From: a virus
Taxonomy: Duplodnaviria > Caudoviricetes
Virus record (IMG/VR): IMGVR_UViG_2834631226_000004
Span: 1 to 64,000 of that record
Reading direction: 5' to 3' (one strand)
DNA: 64,000 bases
Of this stretch, positions 15,913 to 24,242 are shown one piece after another. A program made the position numbers and the translations under genes. Each line of letters begins with the position of its first letter. Position 1 is the first letter of the stretch. The notes beneath the pieces were generated by a model. The model was not told the origin of the DNA. It searched no databases and saw only the letters and a program-made list of their open reading frames with translations.

Positions 15913-16584
15913 CTATGCGGGGCGGCGCGCCAGTAACTCACAAACCTCAGTCGAAGGCACAACATAGCCATAGCCAACCAGCGAGCCTGAGAAGCCAATC
16001 GGTGCGGCCATAACCCCGACTGTGATGCCAATCAGATCGCCGTTCTCTGCAAAGGTTCCGCCGCCTGAGTGGCCCATCACAGTTGTGATGTCTGTCACAT
16101 AGACCGATTTCCACGGACCTGTTTCGCGTGGCTCGCCGGCGATCTTGCCGTATGCGGCAACGAACTCGATTTTCAGGGGATTGCCGTAAGCAACGATAGG
16201 ATCGCCCACCTTCACAGCGTGGCAGGCCAGTTTCGCGACGCCGAGGCCGTCCGACGACGTGCGCAGCAGTGCAATGTCATTGGCTTTGTTGACCCAGAGG
16301 ACATCGGCTTTGCGAAGAGCGCCACCCTTCTCCTTCAACTGGACTTCCTTCGCGTCGCCGACGACGTGCGCAGCAGTGACTATGAAGCCATCGCCGATAT
16401 GAACGCCGGAGCCGTGGCCGTTTTCAAGCTGGATTTTAACGGTTGCCGTTTCGGTTGCGGCAGATGTTGGCGGAGGAAGGAGCGCGTAGGCGGCCGCAGA
16501 GGTCGCGGCAATGACGAGGAATAAGGCAACCAGGAATGCTGTTGGCGTACGCCGCGACGCGGCACGCAGGAATCGTCTGAGCAT
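15913..16584 (-). CDS. Exported trypsin-like serine protease
   Basis: Signal/TM segment, GSG, TAAHVV (His), DIALL (Asp), GHSGGG (Ser). Confidence 0.85.
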   Translation of the reverse strand: MLRRFLRAASRRTPTAFLVALFLVIAATSAAAYALLPPPTSAATETATVKIQLENGHGSGVHIGDGFIVTAAHVVGDAKEVQLKEKGGALRKADVLWVNKANDIALLRTSSDGLGVAKLACHAVKVGDPIVAYGNPLKIEFVAAYGKIAGEPRETGPWKSVYVTDITTVMGHSGGGTFAENGDLIGITVGVMAAPIGFSGSLVGYGYVVPSTEVCELLARRPA

Positions 16585-16664
16585 GATTATCCCCTCTTTC
16601 TGGCGACCGTGCGCCGATGTGGTGGTCTCGGTTGGTTGCCGAGCGGCTGGTGAGGCCGACAATC

Positions 16665-16695
16665 AAGCTATACTGTTTTTACAAATTTGTCAAGA
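16665..16695 (-). promoter_or_regulatory. Phage promoter/operator, copy 1 of an identical 31-bp repeat
   Basis: Minus strand TTGACA-N17-TAGCTT containing the palindrome ACAAATTTGT; identical to 56157..56187. Confidence 0.7.
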
Positions 16696-16719
16696 TTTAC
16701 GGTCGCCTCAGAATCCCGA

Positions 16720-16753
16720 TTGACTCTTTAGAGTATGAGAACATAATAAGAAC
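16720..16753 (+). promoter_or_regulatory. Promoter with an alphaproteobacterial LexA (SOS) box
   Basis: TTGACT at 16720; GAAC-ATAATAA-GAAC at 16739-16753 matches GAAC-N7-GAAC and overlaps the -10 region. Confidence 0.75.
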
Positions 16754-16756
16754 ATT

Positions 16757-16960
16757 ATGTCTCACAAGATGCGAACACAAGCAATGAAACAGTACAGATT
16801 TCAGGCTGGGCGCTGGATCGTAACAGTGCGCGCGCCGACCTTTGCCCACGCTAAAATAGCCGCCGCAGCAAAGCTGGATCAACGGGCAGCGAAGCTTTTT
16901 GCTAGTCCGCCTGCATGCGGCTGGAAGCTTGAACGACTAGCAGACACCACCAGAGGATAG
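16757..16960 (+). CDS. Hypothetical protein (SOS operon)
   Basis: First ORF after the LexA box. Confidence 0.55.
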   Translation: MSHKMRTQAMKQYRFQAGRWIVTVRAPTFAHAKIAAAAKLDQRAAKLFASPPACGWKLERLADTTRG

Positions 16961-16964
16961 TCCT

Positions 16965-17171
16965 GTGCGCCCAGAAAGGCGAGAGCCGGAAGCCGACCCG
17001 GTTGACCACATCATTGCCTGGCACGACGGCGACAGCCGTGCCGCGATAGAGACCCTGATGGAGGACATCCAGCATTTGCGGATGCAGCTTGCGCTGGCGA
17101 CCGCCGCGATGGGCAGAGGTTTTACGAGAGGCTGGCTACCGAATGAAGACCGGGATGACAGCAAACGATAA
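16965..17171 (+). CDS. Conserved small rhizobial protein
   Basis: DPVDHIIAWHDGDSRAAIETL..MGRGFTRG pattern typical of Rhizobiales SOS-linked loci. Confidence 0.7.
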   Translation: MRPERREPEADPVDHIIAWHDGDSRAAIETLMEDIQHLRMQLALATAAMGRGFTRGWLPNEDRDDSKR

Positions 17172-17637
17172 CGCATACGATTACAAGGAACTTGATCGGA
17201 AGAGAATATGGGTCATCTGCGAGGACTGTGAACTTCTTCGATCATTTGATGGCAACGCAGTAAAAACGGAATTTGCAGCGACACCGGCCCCAAGCCCTCT
17301 CCGTATGATCGCACAGAAGCTTATAGGCTGCCCGAAATCGAAGGAGGACTTCGGGCCGCGATGCAGGATGAGCTACTATTGGACCTCCGAGGAACGATCA
17401 GCGAAGGCGGTGCAGGAAGAAGAGTCTGCCGGTGTGCGAGTGTTCGATCTTCGCTCTTGGGAGGTTGTTGTGGCAGGTTGTGGATCGTGCAAGCATGTTA
17501 CGGAGTTACCACGGTGGAAGCTCTTAAAGATGGTCGAGGGTAACACGCCCCTAAAGGAATTACAGCCCCGTCTGAAGTGCCGGAAGTGCGGCGAGAAGGG
17601 CGGCTCCTACATCACAATTGCAAAATTGCCGAGGTGA
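17155..17637 (+). CDS. Double Zn-ribbon protein
   Basis: CEDC..GC..C and CGSC..CRKCG; begins MTANDN. Confidence 0.7.
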   Translation: MTANDNAYDYKELDRKRIWVICEDCELLRSFDGNAVKTEFAATPAPSPLRMIAQKLIGCPKSKEDFGPRCRMSYYWTSEERSAKAVQEEESAGVRVFDLRSWEVVVAGCGSCKHVTELPRWKLLKMVEGNTPLKELQPRLKCRKCGEKGGSYITIAKLPR

Positions 17638-17639
17638 GT

Positions 17640-18302
17640 ATGTGTAATCTGTATCGCGTGAAGACCAATCAGGAATCTATCCGCGACATCGCTGGGATTA
17701 TGCAAGAGCGGCTTAACCTGGAGCCAGACGTTGAAGTCTATCCAGACCGTCCGGCGCCAGTAGTGCGCAATGGAGAGAAAGGCCGGGAGCTGGTCGGGCT
17801 GACGTGGGGCATGCCCTCGCCGCAGTTCGTCACACAAGGCAAGCCAGATACCGGCGTGACCAACATCCGCAATGTCACCTCCCCGCATTGGCGCCGGTGG
17901 CTGAGGCCAGAGAACCGTTGCGTGGTGCCGTGGACGACCTTCTGCGAATGGGAAGACACCAAGCCTCGTAAGACGAAGCGTTGGTTTGCGCTGAATGAGG
18001 AAGCGCCCCTAGCCTTCTTCGCCGGCATCTGGACGGAATGGCATGGAGTTCGCGGATCGATGAAGAACCCACGCGAGGGAGACCACCAGCTTTTTGCATT
18101 CCTGACGACGGAGCCAAACAGCGTCGTCAAACCGATCCACCCGAAGGCTATGCCGGTCATCCTGACAAACAAGGATGAGGTGGAGATGTGGCTGACCGCG
18201 CCATGGGAGGAAGCAAAGGAACTTCAGCGGCCATTGCCTGATGATGGGCTAGTGCTGCTACCGGTCGAAGATGAGACCAAGACAGCCGATCTATTCGGAT
18301 AG
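17640..18302 (+). CDS. SOS response-associated peptidase (SRAP/HMCES/YedK family)
   Basis: N-terminal MCNLY, TNIR, RC.VP..FCEW, FAFLTTEPN..V.PIH.KAMPVIL. Confidence 0.9.
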   Translation: MCNLYRVKTNQESIRDIAGIMQERLNLEPDVEVYPDRPAPVVRNGEKGRELVGLTWGMPSPQFVTQGKPDTGVTNIRNVTSPHWRRWLRPENRCVVPWTTFCEWEDTKPRKTKRWFALNEEAPLAFFAGIWTEWHGVRGSMKNPREGDHQLFAFLTTEPNSVVKPIHPKAMPVILTNKDEVEMWLTAPWEEAKELQRPLPDDGLVLLPVEDETKTADLFG

Positions 18303-18311
18303 GAGACTAAT

Positions 18312-18725
18312 ATGCATATCCGTCCTTACATTCTGGAAAATCACGGTGTCTACCCCAAGGCGCTACTGGAAGATGGTGACTTCTTTGGAGTGCAGAAAGC
18401 CATCCACGAGGACATCGACGCGCGACTGCTCGCGGAGGTGGATCGGGAATCGGACCTCACCGCTTATTCCGGATATGTCGCCATGGAACTTTGGGCCGAT
18501 GACGACGACATACCGACCGGTGCGAGGATGGAGATTTTGTTCAGCGAGCGAAAAAGCGTTGCTGCCCTTCTCTATGACCACCCCAAGATTTCCGACGCGT
18601 TCATAGAGTGGGTGTTTTGCACCTCACCCGACGATGCCTTGACCGAGTGGAAGAGGAAGGTTCGCTGGCCGCTGATTGAAACGTCGCGGGGACCAGTAGA
18701 GATTATCGGGGATACCCATCCATGA
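18312..18725 (+). CDS. Hypothetical protein
   Basis: AGGAG RBS; 137 aa within the operon. Confidence 0.65.
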   Translation: MHIRPYILENHGVYPKALLEDGDFFGVQKAIHEDIDARLLAEVDRESDLTAYSGYVAMELWADDDDIPTGARMEILFSERKSVAALLYDHPKISDAFIEWVFCTSPDDALTEWKRKVRWPLIETSRGPVEIIGDTHP

Positions 18726-18910
18726 GCGACCAGACCGATAAGGCCGGCGACGGCATTCATGAAAACCACTGGTGCGAGCATCCCGCCTGCAAAAAGTGGG
18801 GCGGGTTCGGGTATTCTCGATCAAAGGCCGAGAAATCCACCTGGCATTGCTGGGAGCATTATCCGCATAAACAAATAAAAAACCCGCCCACCTCTCGGCA
18901 AGCGGGTTGA
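18722..18910 (+). CDS. Small Cys/His-rich protein
   Basis: HWCEHPACKKWGGFG..WHCWEH; ATGA overlap. Confidence 0.65.
   Translation: MSDQTDKAGDGIHENHWCEHPACKKWGGFGYSRSKAEKSTWHCWEHYPHKQIKNPPTSRQAG
18877..18910. terminator. Terminator-like hairpin where the SOS and lysis operons converge
   Basis: AAAAACCCGC...GCGGGTT hairpin. Confidence 0.5.
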
Positions 18911-18911
18911 T

Positions 18912-19256
18912 TTACGAAGACCGCGTCGCGCGTGGCTTCGACTGATTCTCCACGATGCGGTCGACGCGCAGTGTCATCTTGTCGACAGCGTCTTTGACTG
19001 CGCCGATCGCGCCCATGATCTGCTCAGTCTGCTCGCGAAGACCCGACTTGGAAACGTAGGTTTCCGCGACATGCAGACGGTGCGCTGCGAGTTCCTCTCT
19101 CGCCAAAGATGCCATCGCCGATGCAGCTGACGCCGCCGCAGACGCCTCGGTCTTGGCAGCGCCGATTTTGGCGTCGACGTACTTCCACAGGCCGAAGATG
19201 AAGCCGAAGACCAGTACGAAGAAGCCGACGGCCCCCATGATCTCGGCGCCGGTCAT
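18912..19256 (-). CDS. Phage membrane protein of the lysis cassette (holin/antiholin-like)
   Basis: N-terminal TM followed by coiled coil; last gene of the lysis module. Confidence 0.6.
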   Translation of the reverse strand: MTGAEIMGAVGFFVLVFGFIFGLWKYVDAKIGAAKTEASAAASAASAMASLAREELAAHRLHVAETYVSKSGLREQTEQIMGAIGAVKDAVDKMTLRVDRIVENQSKPRATRSS

Positions 19257-19444
19257 GGCTTCACCCCGCACAGTTTCTGCAGCTTCTCGTTTTCAGTGAG
19301 GATTTGCCGCTTTGTCTCTGACGTCATCTGGTCCTCGACAGAGGGCCGTACTGGACGCGCGATGTCGCAGTAGCTACCGTTTGTCGCGCATCCACTTGCC
19401 AAGAGCGTCATCAACGCCAGCGTCATCCAGATTCCTGATTTCAT
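19253..19444 (-). CDS. Putative o-spanin (Rz1-like lipoprotein)
   Basis: Lipobox LASGC after a hydrophobic signal; overlaps the upstream TM gene. Confidence 0.65.
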   Translation of the reverse strand: MKSGIWMTLALMTLLASGCATNGSYCDIARPVRPSVEDQMTSETKRQILTENEKLQKLCGVKP

Positions 19445-19613
19445 TTTCGACATCCCCGGCCTTCTTGATGGCCTTGGCATTCGCCGCGGCCTGTTCGTCT
19501 TTTGCCGCGGAGCGTCCTGCCCTCTGGCCATACAAAAAGACGCCCGCGAGGATCGCGAGCGCCGTACCGATTGCGGCTAGATAGCCTTTGAGTTTTGCCC
19601 ACAAGAGGATCAA
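19374..19613 (-). CDS. Putative i-spanin (Rz-like)
   Basis: N-terminal TM plus periplasmic helix, between the endolysin and the lipoprotein. Confidence 0.6.
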   Translation of the reverse strand: MILLWAKLKGYLAAIGTALAILAGVFLYGQRAGRSAAKDEQAAANAKAIKKAGDVENEIRNLDDAGVDDALGKWMRDKR

Positions 19614-20536
19614 ACCACCACCTCCTTCCCGCGCCAGCTATTCCACCGGCGAGCGATGACATCTCGATTGCGATAGGCGACATAGGCCACGACCGCCACG
19701 GCAACACCGGCGACGATCCAGCCCCAAGGAAGGCCAGCCACAAAAGCGAGCAAGCCTGAGCTTGCAGCTGAGCCGACACCCTTCGTGACGGCTTCCCTTG
19801 CCGCAGATGCGTCGCGCCGAAGCTGTGCAAGCGTGGCCGGACCGATGATACCATCAGCTATCAAATGTGGATGCGCCTTCTGATAAGCGATCACCGCGGC
19901 CTTTGTCTTCTCGCCCATCCAGCCATCGATGGCGCCGGGATTGAGGCCAGCCGCCGTCAGCAGCTCCTGCGCTTCCTTCACAACCGGATCAGGCTGGGCG
20001 GGCGGCTCGGCGGTAGCCTCCTTAGTCGCGCTCGCTTCGCCGGTGTAGATGCCCTTCTCAAATAGCAGGGCCTCCTCCTTGCGTCGGCGCACGAGGCCCG
20101 GCAGCTTCTTGCCTTTCGCGGTGTTGTAGTTGGCGGCAAGATGAGCGGCGGCCTTCCCGATCTGGCCTCTGCGCCAGTAGTCGGCCCACGTCCAGTTCAT
20201 GGCGCCGACGCCGAGATTGAAGGTGACAGAAGTGGCCGCGTCGAGCTCGTGCTGCTTGCGGTCGACGGGAGAACCGGCAACGACAGCGGGCACGTATTCG
20301 GCGGCAAGCACGGCATCGAGTATCGCGTCGCTCTGTGCGGCCGTGATCTTAGTCTTGCCTGGCACGAGCTTCGTGATGCCAATCTTGGCCAGCTCGCGCC
20401 GCACGGAATCGCTGCGCATCGTGAAACCGGTCCCGATAGTCGGCACCCCGACAGGATCGAGATAGGCGGTGAGCGGATTGCCCTCATGCAGGCGCACGAA
20501 AGCCCTCCCCTGTGTGGAGATTTTGGTGATTGGCAT
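19610..20536 (-). CDS. Endolysin: GH24 lysozyme, peptidoglycan-binding domain and C-terminal TM
   Basis: HEG..AYLDPVGVPTIGTGFT, LPGLVRRRKEE, DGWMG.KT..AV.AYQ..L.ADGIIGPAT. Confidence 0.9.
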   Translation of the reverse strand: MPITKISTQGRAFVRLHEGNPLTAYLDPVGVPTIGTGFTMRSDSVRRELAKIGITKLVPGKTKITAAQSDAILDAVLAAEYVPAVVAGSPVDRKQHELDAATSVTFNLGVGAMNWTWADYWRRGQIGKAAAHLAANYNTAKGKKLPGLVRRRKEEALLFEKGIYTGEASATKEATAEPPAQPDPVVKEAQELLTAAGLNPGAIDGWMGEKTKAAVIAYQKAHPHLIADGIIGPATLAQLRRDASAAREAVTKGVGSAASSGLLAFVAGLPWGWIVAGVAVAVVAYVAYRNRDVIARRWNSWRGKEVVV

Positions 20537-20620
20537 TTGGTTTCCTTTTGAGGGGTAGGGCTGGGAACGTTCGGTCTGTCGGCGCGTTTAGACGGCGCCA
20601 TGTCCCCAATTCCATGGCCT

Positions 20621-20660
20621 AAAGACCCGCGCACGCATCCCCCCGCTGCGCGGGTCTTTT
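20621..20660. terminator. Intrinsic terminator-like hairpin
   Basis: AAAGACCCGCGCA...TGCGCGGGTCTTTT. Confidence 0.65.
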
Positions 20661-20897
20661 GCTACTATTGATACAGCCGAAACTTGCAGATATGGAGAAG
20701 CGCCGCGCTCATAACAGGCCGAGGCACGGAGGCTTGGCGCTTGGCGGAGCGTCGGGCCTCTTTTGTTTTGCTTTCGGATCGCGCCCGAGGAAAGCGTGCT
20801 CGATCACAAAAATTGATCAACGCTAAGTCGTGCGCAAACTTCGGGGGTTAATTAGAAGATTCTGACTTGCGCCGGTCTGCAGGCTGAGCAATAACCC

Positions 20898-21953
20898 TTG
20901 ACAACAGTAAATCAACCGGGCGTTGATGCGACCGGCGCATGTGTTGGGGGAGGAGCCATGCCAAGCTTGAAACAATTGAAACGCGCGATCCGAAATATGT
21001 CTACGATCGACGTGGACAGTATTTCCAAAATCAGCGGAATGTCGACTTCAGTGCGCTCAATCGAACACGGGCAAGTCGCGCTGAACGACGGCATGACGAC
21101 TCTAATTGATAACGTCACCAACTTGGCCGACGTTTTGAAAGCGCCAAAGTCATCCGTACTGGATGGTCATGTTGTGTTCGACTACACCTACAAACCCGAA
21201 CGCCGTGAGCTGCATAAAGGCAGTGCCGGCAAGAAGCTAATAGATATTCTTGATCAGGGTCGTAGCTTGTATCAGTCTCACTTGGCTGGAATAAATGACC
21301 TCTCAGAATGGCTAAAGAAGATCCCGACCCATGGGTCGCCAGAGGATATCACACCATATTGGACAAACGGCTGGTTTGAAGGGCTGGATGGCGCGTCCCT
21401 CTATTACCTGATCGCTAAAAATAATCCGTCGATCTACATGGAAGTCGGATCAGGCAATTCTACTAAATTTGTCCGCAAGGCCATAGAAGATCACGGGCTG
21501 AGGACAAAGATCGTCTCGATAGACCCTCAACCTCGCGCAGATATCGACAAGCTATGCGACCAAGTTATTCGTCAGAAATGCGAGGACGTTGATCCTTCGA
21601 TTTTTACCAGATTAGGGCCTGATGATATCCTTTTCATAGACAACAGCCATCGGAGCTTTCAGGGGTCCGATGTGACTGTATTCTTTGCAGAAATACTTCC
21701 AGCGCTGCCGCGAGGAATATTGTTCGGAATTCATGATATATTCATTCCGTACGATTATCCGCCCAGCTGGTCTGATCGCTTTTATAACGAGCAGTATCTG
21801 CTGCTGGCGTATATCCACGGCGGCATGGGCGGCGGGTCAATCGAGCTCCCTGTCTGCCATCTAAGCATTTCAGGCGAAGCAGCAGAAATTCTCACTGATT
21901 CACTTGTGTCTCATACGGGTATCGATGGCGGGGCATTCTGGATGCGCCGCTAA
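20898..21953 (+). CDS. Class I SAM-dependent methyltransferase (Methyltransf_24-like) moron; true start may be downstream
   Basis: YMEVGSGNST, SIDPQP, DILFIDNSH, HDIFIPYDYP..W..YNEQYLL; opposite strand and lower GC than the tail genes. Confidence 0.8.
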   Translation: MTTVNQPGVDATGACVGGGAMPSLKQLKRAIRNMSTIDVDSISKISGMSTSVRSIEHGQVALNDGMTTLIDNVTNLADVLKAPKSSVLDGHVVFDYTYKPERRELHKGSAGKKLIDILDQGRSLYQSHLAGINDLSEWLKKIPTHGSPEDITPYWTNGWFEGLDGASLYYLIAKNNPSIYMEVGSGNSTKFVRKAIEDHGLRTKIVSIDPQPRADIDKLCDQVIRQKCEDVDPSIFTRLGPDDILFIDNSHRSFQGSDVTVFFAEILPALPRGILFGIHDIFIPYDYPPSWSDRFYNEQYLLLAYIHGGMGGGSIELPVCHLSISGEAAEILTDSLVSHTGIDGGAFWMRR

Positions 21954-22098
21954 TCGGGTTGTGAGATCAAGGAAACCAGCGATCTTTACCGCCCTCCTTT
22001 TTTGGATCTTGGCGCGGCGCGAACACCGCGCCGCTTCCTCAGGCGATTGCTGCCACCATACCAAATAGCGCTACCGGTCAATCAAAAAGCAGCTTAAT

Positions 22099-24012
22099 TC
22101 AAACATACTGCCCGCCTGTTGCAGCAGTTCCCGCAACAGTGCCAGGGAAGTAATTCGCCCCGGCACCTTCGACAATTACGCATCCGTTTCTGTGAACGAG
22201 ATACGTTGCTCCTGCAACATTTGCCTTGTTTGTAAACGTACATCCGGTGGAAGTCAGGAGGCCTGTCGCCACCCCGCACCATCTCGTAACGCCAATTGGC
22301 GCAGAAATAGTGATCGTTACATTTTGGCAGATGACCTGACCAAACCCGTAGGCGTGCCAGTGGTTTACGCAGCCGCCGGCAACCGTATAATTTGCGGTTA
22401 TAGAAATCGTGCCACCATTGATGGCGATAAAATGATCACCACCAAGAGCACCAGCAAAGAGACAATTTGCGCCAAGCTGAATATCCCCGCCGTTTGCAAA
22501 CAAGCAACTCCCAACGTTAAGCGCCGAAAATCTAACTCCGCCCACGTTCACGGTGAAGCCGGGACAAGAATTTACGATGCAATTGTTGTTCGTCACTTCA
22601 AGGAAACAGTTCGCTGGATTAGCCACATTTCCGCGTATAAAGACACGGTTGTTTCCAAGCAGTCTTTTAGCGACTGTTAATGACGCCGAGTGGTAACCAT
22701 CCGCCATGTTGATAGTTACATCAAAACCGTTCAGGTCGAGCTTGTTTGCAATAAAATCATACGCGTATTGCAGCGTGGCCCAAGCGCCAGCATCAGTGTT
22801 TTCAGTGCCTGCATTTGCATTATTGCCCCCTGTTCGGACATAGTAGTTCCGGTTTTCAGTCAGTATGTCGCGGATGCCGATGGCGGCTCGAACTTGAGCC
22901 ACCGTCAACCGCTCAACCGGGCCTACCCCGGCGGAAACTCGACCAACAAGAGCGGGCGAGCCCATTTGTGCCGTACCGATTTCTTTACCGGTATCGCCAG
23001 AAAACTGAACGAAATCGCCAGCGATGGCATTTTCTGGGCCGACCACATCACCTACACCAGTTCCATCCGTCCCCTTGCGGGCCAGCAGCCGCCAATAGGC
23101 ATTACTCTCGGTCGGCAGGGTCGGAGGCGCATTGCCCGTGGCCGGCTGAAGTGCGATCCACGTCGACCCGTTATTGAGAACAATGTCGTTCGTCTCATAG
23201 GCCGTAGCGCCGCTATATGTGCCGCGGTCAACCACGCCAGCCGTGCCAGAGCGCGCGAACAGTAGCCACTGCGTGTTCTCGGTCGTCGGAAGCGTCGGCG
23301 GCGCATTACCGGTTGTGGCTACCTTGGCGATCCACGTAGAGCCGCCGTACTGCACGATATCGCGGATCGCATAGGCCGTGCCTGCGCTGTAGTTGCCTCT
23401 CTGGTTGACACCAGCAGGGCCGACAGGACCGGTCACATATGACGGCGCGCTCCAGTCGCCCGACGTTGCCGAGTTCTTGAAATAGAGCGCAGACCGGCCA
23501 TCTCCAATGTCGATGACAAGGACAGAAAAACCAGCAGCGGCGCCATTATAAGCCGCCCTTCCCGCAAGGTTCGCCACCCATGCATCATACTGCACACCCT
23601 GAACAAGAGCCGCCTTGTTGATCGTGCTGAAGACGCCCGGGCCGATACCAATCGGAATATCGTCAGTGCCGACCGAGATTTCAGACAGGCTGTCGAGGTT
23701 GCCATTCGACAACGAAGCCAGCAGCCGGCGCATAGCCTCGACTGCCGCAATCGTTGGCGAGGTCAGCTCGACCTTGTAGGGCGCATCTGTCTGCGCAGGA
23801 CCGGGCCAATCATCGGCAAGCAGCAGTTCCGTATCGCTGATGATCTGATCGATGACGATCGGACGGCCAACATGAATTCCGAACTTGTCACCGGCCTTGA
23901 TCGGGGTCAGGCCAGCAACTTCCGTCAGCCAGCCGGTGTCCGTGCCGGTGACAGTGCGAGAGCCGACAGCGACGGTTGCCGTGCCGTCGCCGTACCAGGT
24001 GGTGTTAGCCAT
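22099..24012 (-). CDS. Tail fibre / receptor-binding protein
   Basis: Conserved N-terminal attachment region, two tandem RG.YS..TAY..DIV..GSTWIA..W.LLAR.G repeats, beta-rich C-terminus. Confidence 0.8.
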   Translation of the reverse strand: MANTTWYGDGTATVAVGSRTVTGTDTGWLTEVAGLTPIKAGDKFGIHVGRPIVIDQIISDTELLLADDWPGPAQTDAPYKVELTSPTIAAVEAMRRLLASLSNGNLDSLSEISVGTDDIPIGIGPGVFSTINKAALVQGVQYDAWVANLAGRAAYNGAAAGFSVLVIDIGDGRSALYFKNSATSGDWSAPSYVTGPVGPAGVNQRGNYSAGTAYAIRDIVQYGGSTWIAKVATTGNAPPTLPTTENTQWLLFARSGTAGVVDRGTYSGATAYETNDIVLNNGSTWIALQPATGNAPPTLPTESNAYWRLLARKGTDGTGVGDVVGPENAIAGDFVQFSGDTGKEIGTAQMGSPALVGRVSAGVGPVERLTVAQVRAAIGIRDILTENRNYYVRTGGNNANAGTENTDAGAWATLQYAYDFIANKLDLNGFDVTINMADGYHSASLTVAKRLLGNNRVFIRGNVANPANCFLEVTNNNCIVNSCPGFTVNVGGVRFSALNVGSCLFANGGDIQLGANCLFAGALGGDHFIAINGGTISITANYTVAGGCVNHWHAYGFGQVICQNVTITISAPIGVTRWCGVATGLLTSTGCTFTNKANVAGATYLVHRNGCVIVEGAGANYFPGTVAGTAATGGQYV

Positions 24013-24239
24013 TATTCGGATGCTCCGTTACCGTTATCGACTGGATCGCCCGCGCCTTTTGCAAGGCGCAGATCGGCTTCAAGGCCGTTGATCTTGTCGA
24101 GGAGGGTTTTGTTTTCCTGCTTCTGCATCACGAGATGCTGACCGAGCAGCAAGGTCCGCTGCTTCAGAAATTCTTCGCGCACTTCTGCTTCCTGCAAGGC
24201 GACGAGAGCGTCGACCTGCATCTGATTGCCGGAGGCCAT
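24012..24239 (-). CDS. Small coiled-coil tail-associated protein
   Basis: 75 aa, between the tail tip and fibre genes. Confidence 0.65.
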   Translation of the reverse strand: MASGNQMQVDALVALQEAEVREEFLKQRTLLLGQHLVMQKQENKTLLDKINGLEADLRLAKGAGDPVDNGNGASE

Positions 24240-24242
24240 GGA

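Noticed and set aside
22099-24012. Diversity-generating retroelement or invertible tail-fibre switch
   Set aside because: No reverse transcriptase, invertase, template/variable repeat pair or inverted crossover sites seen.
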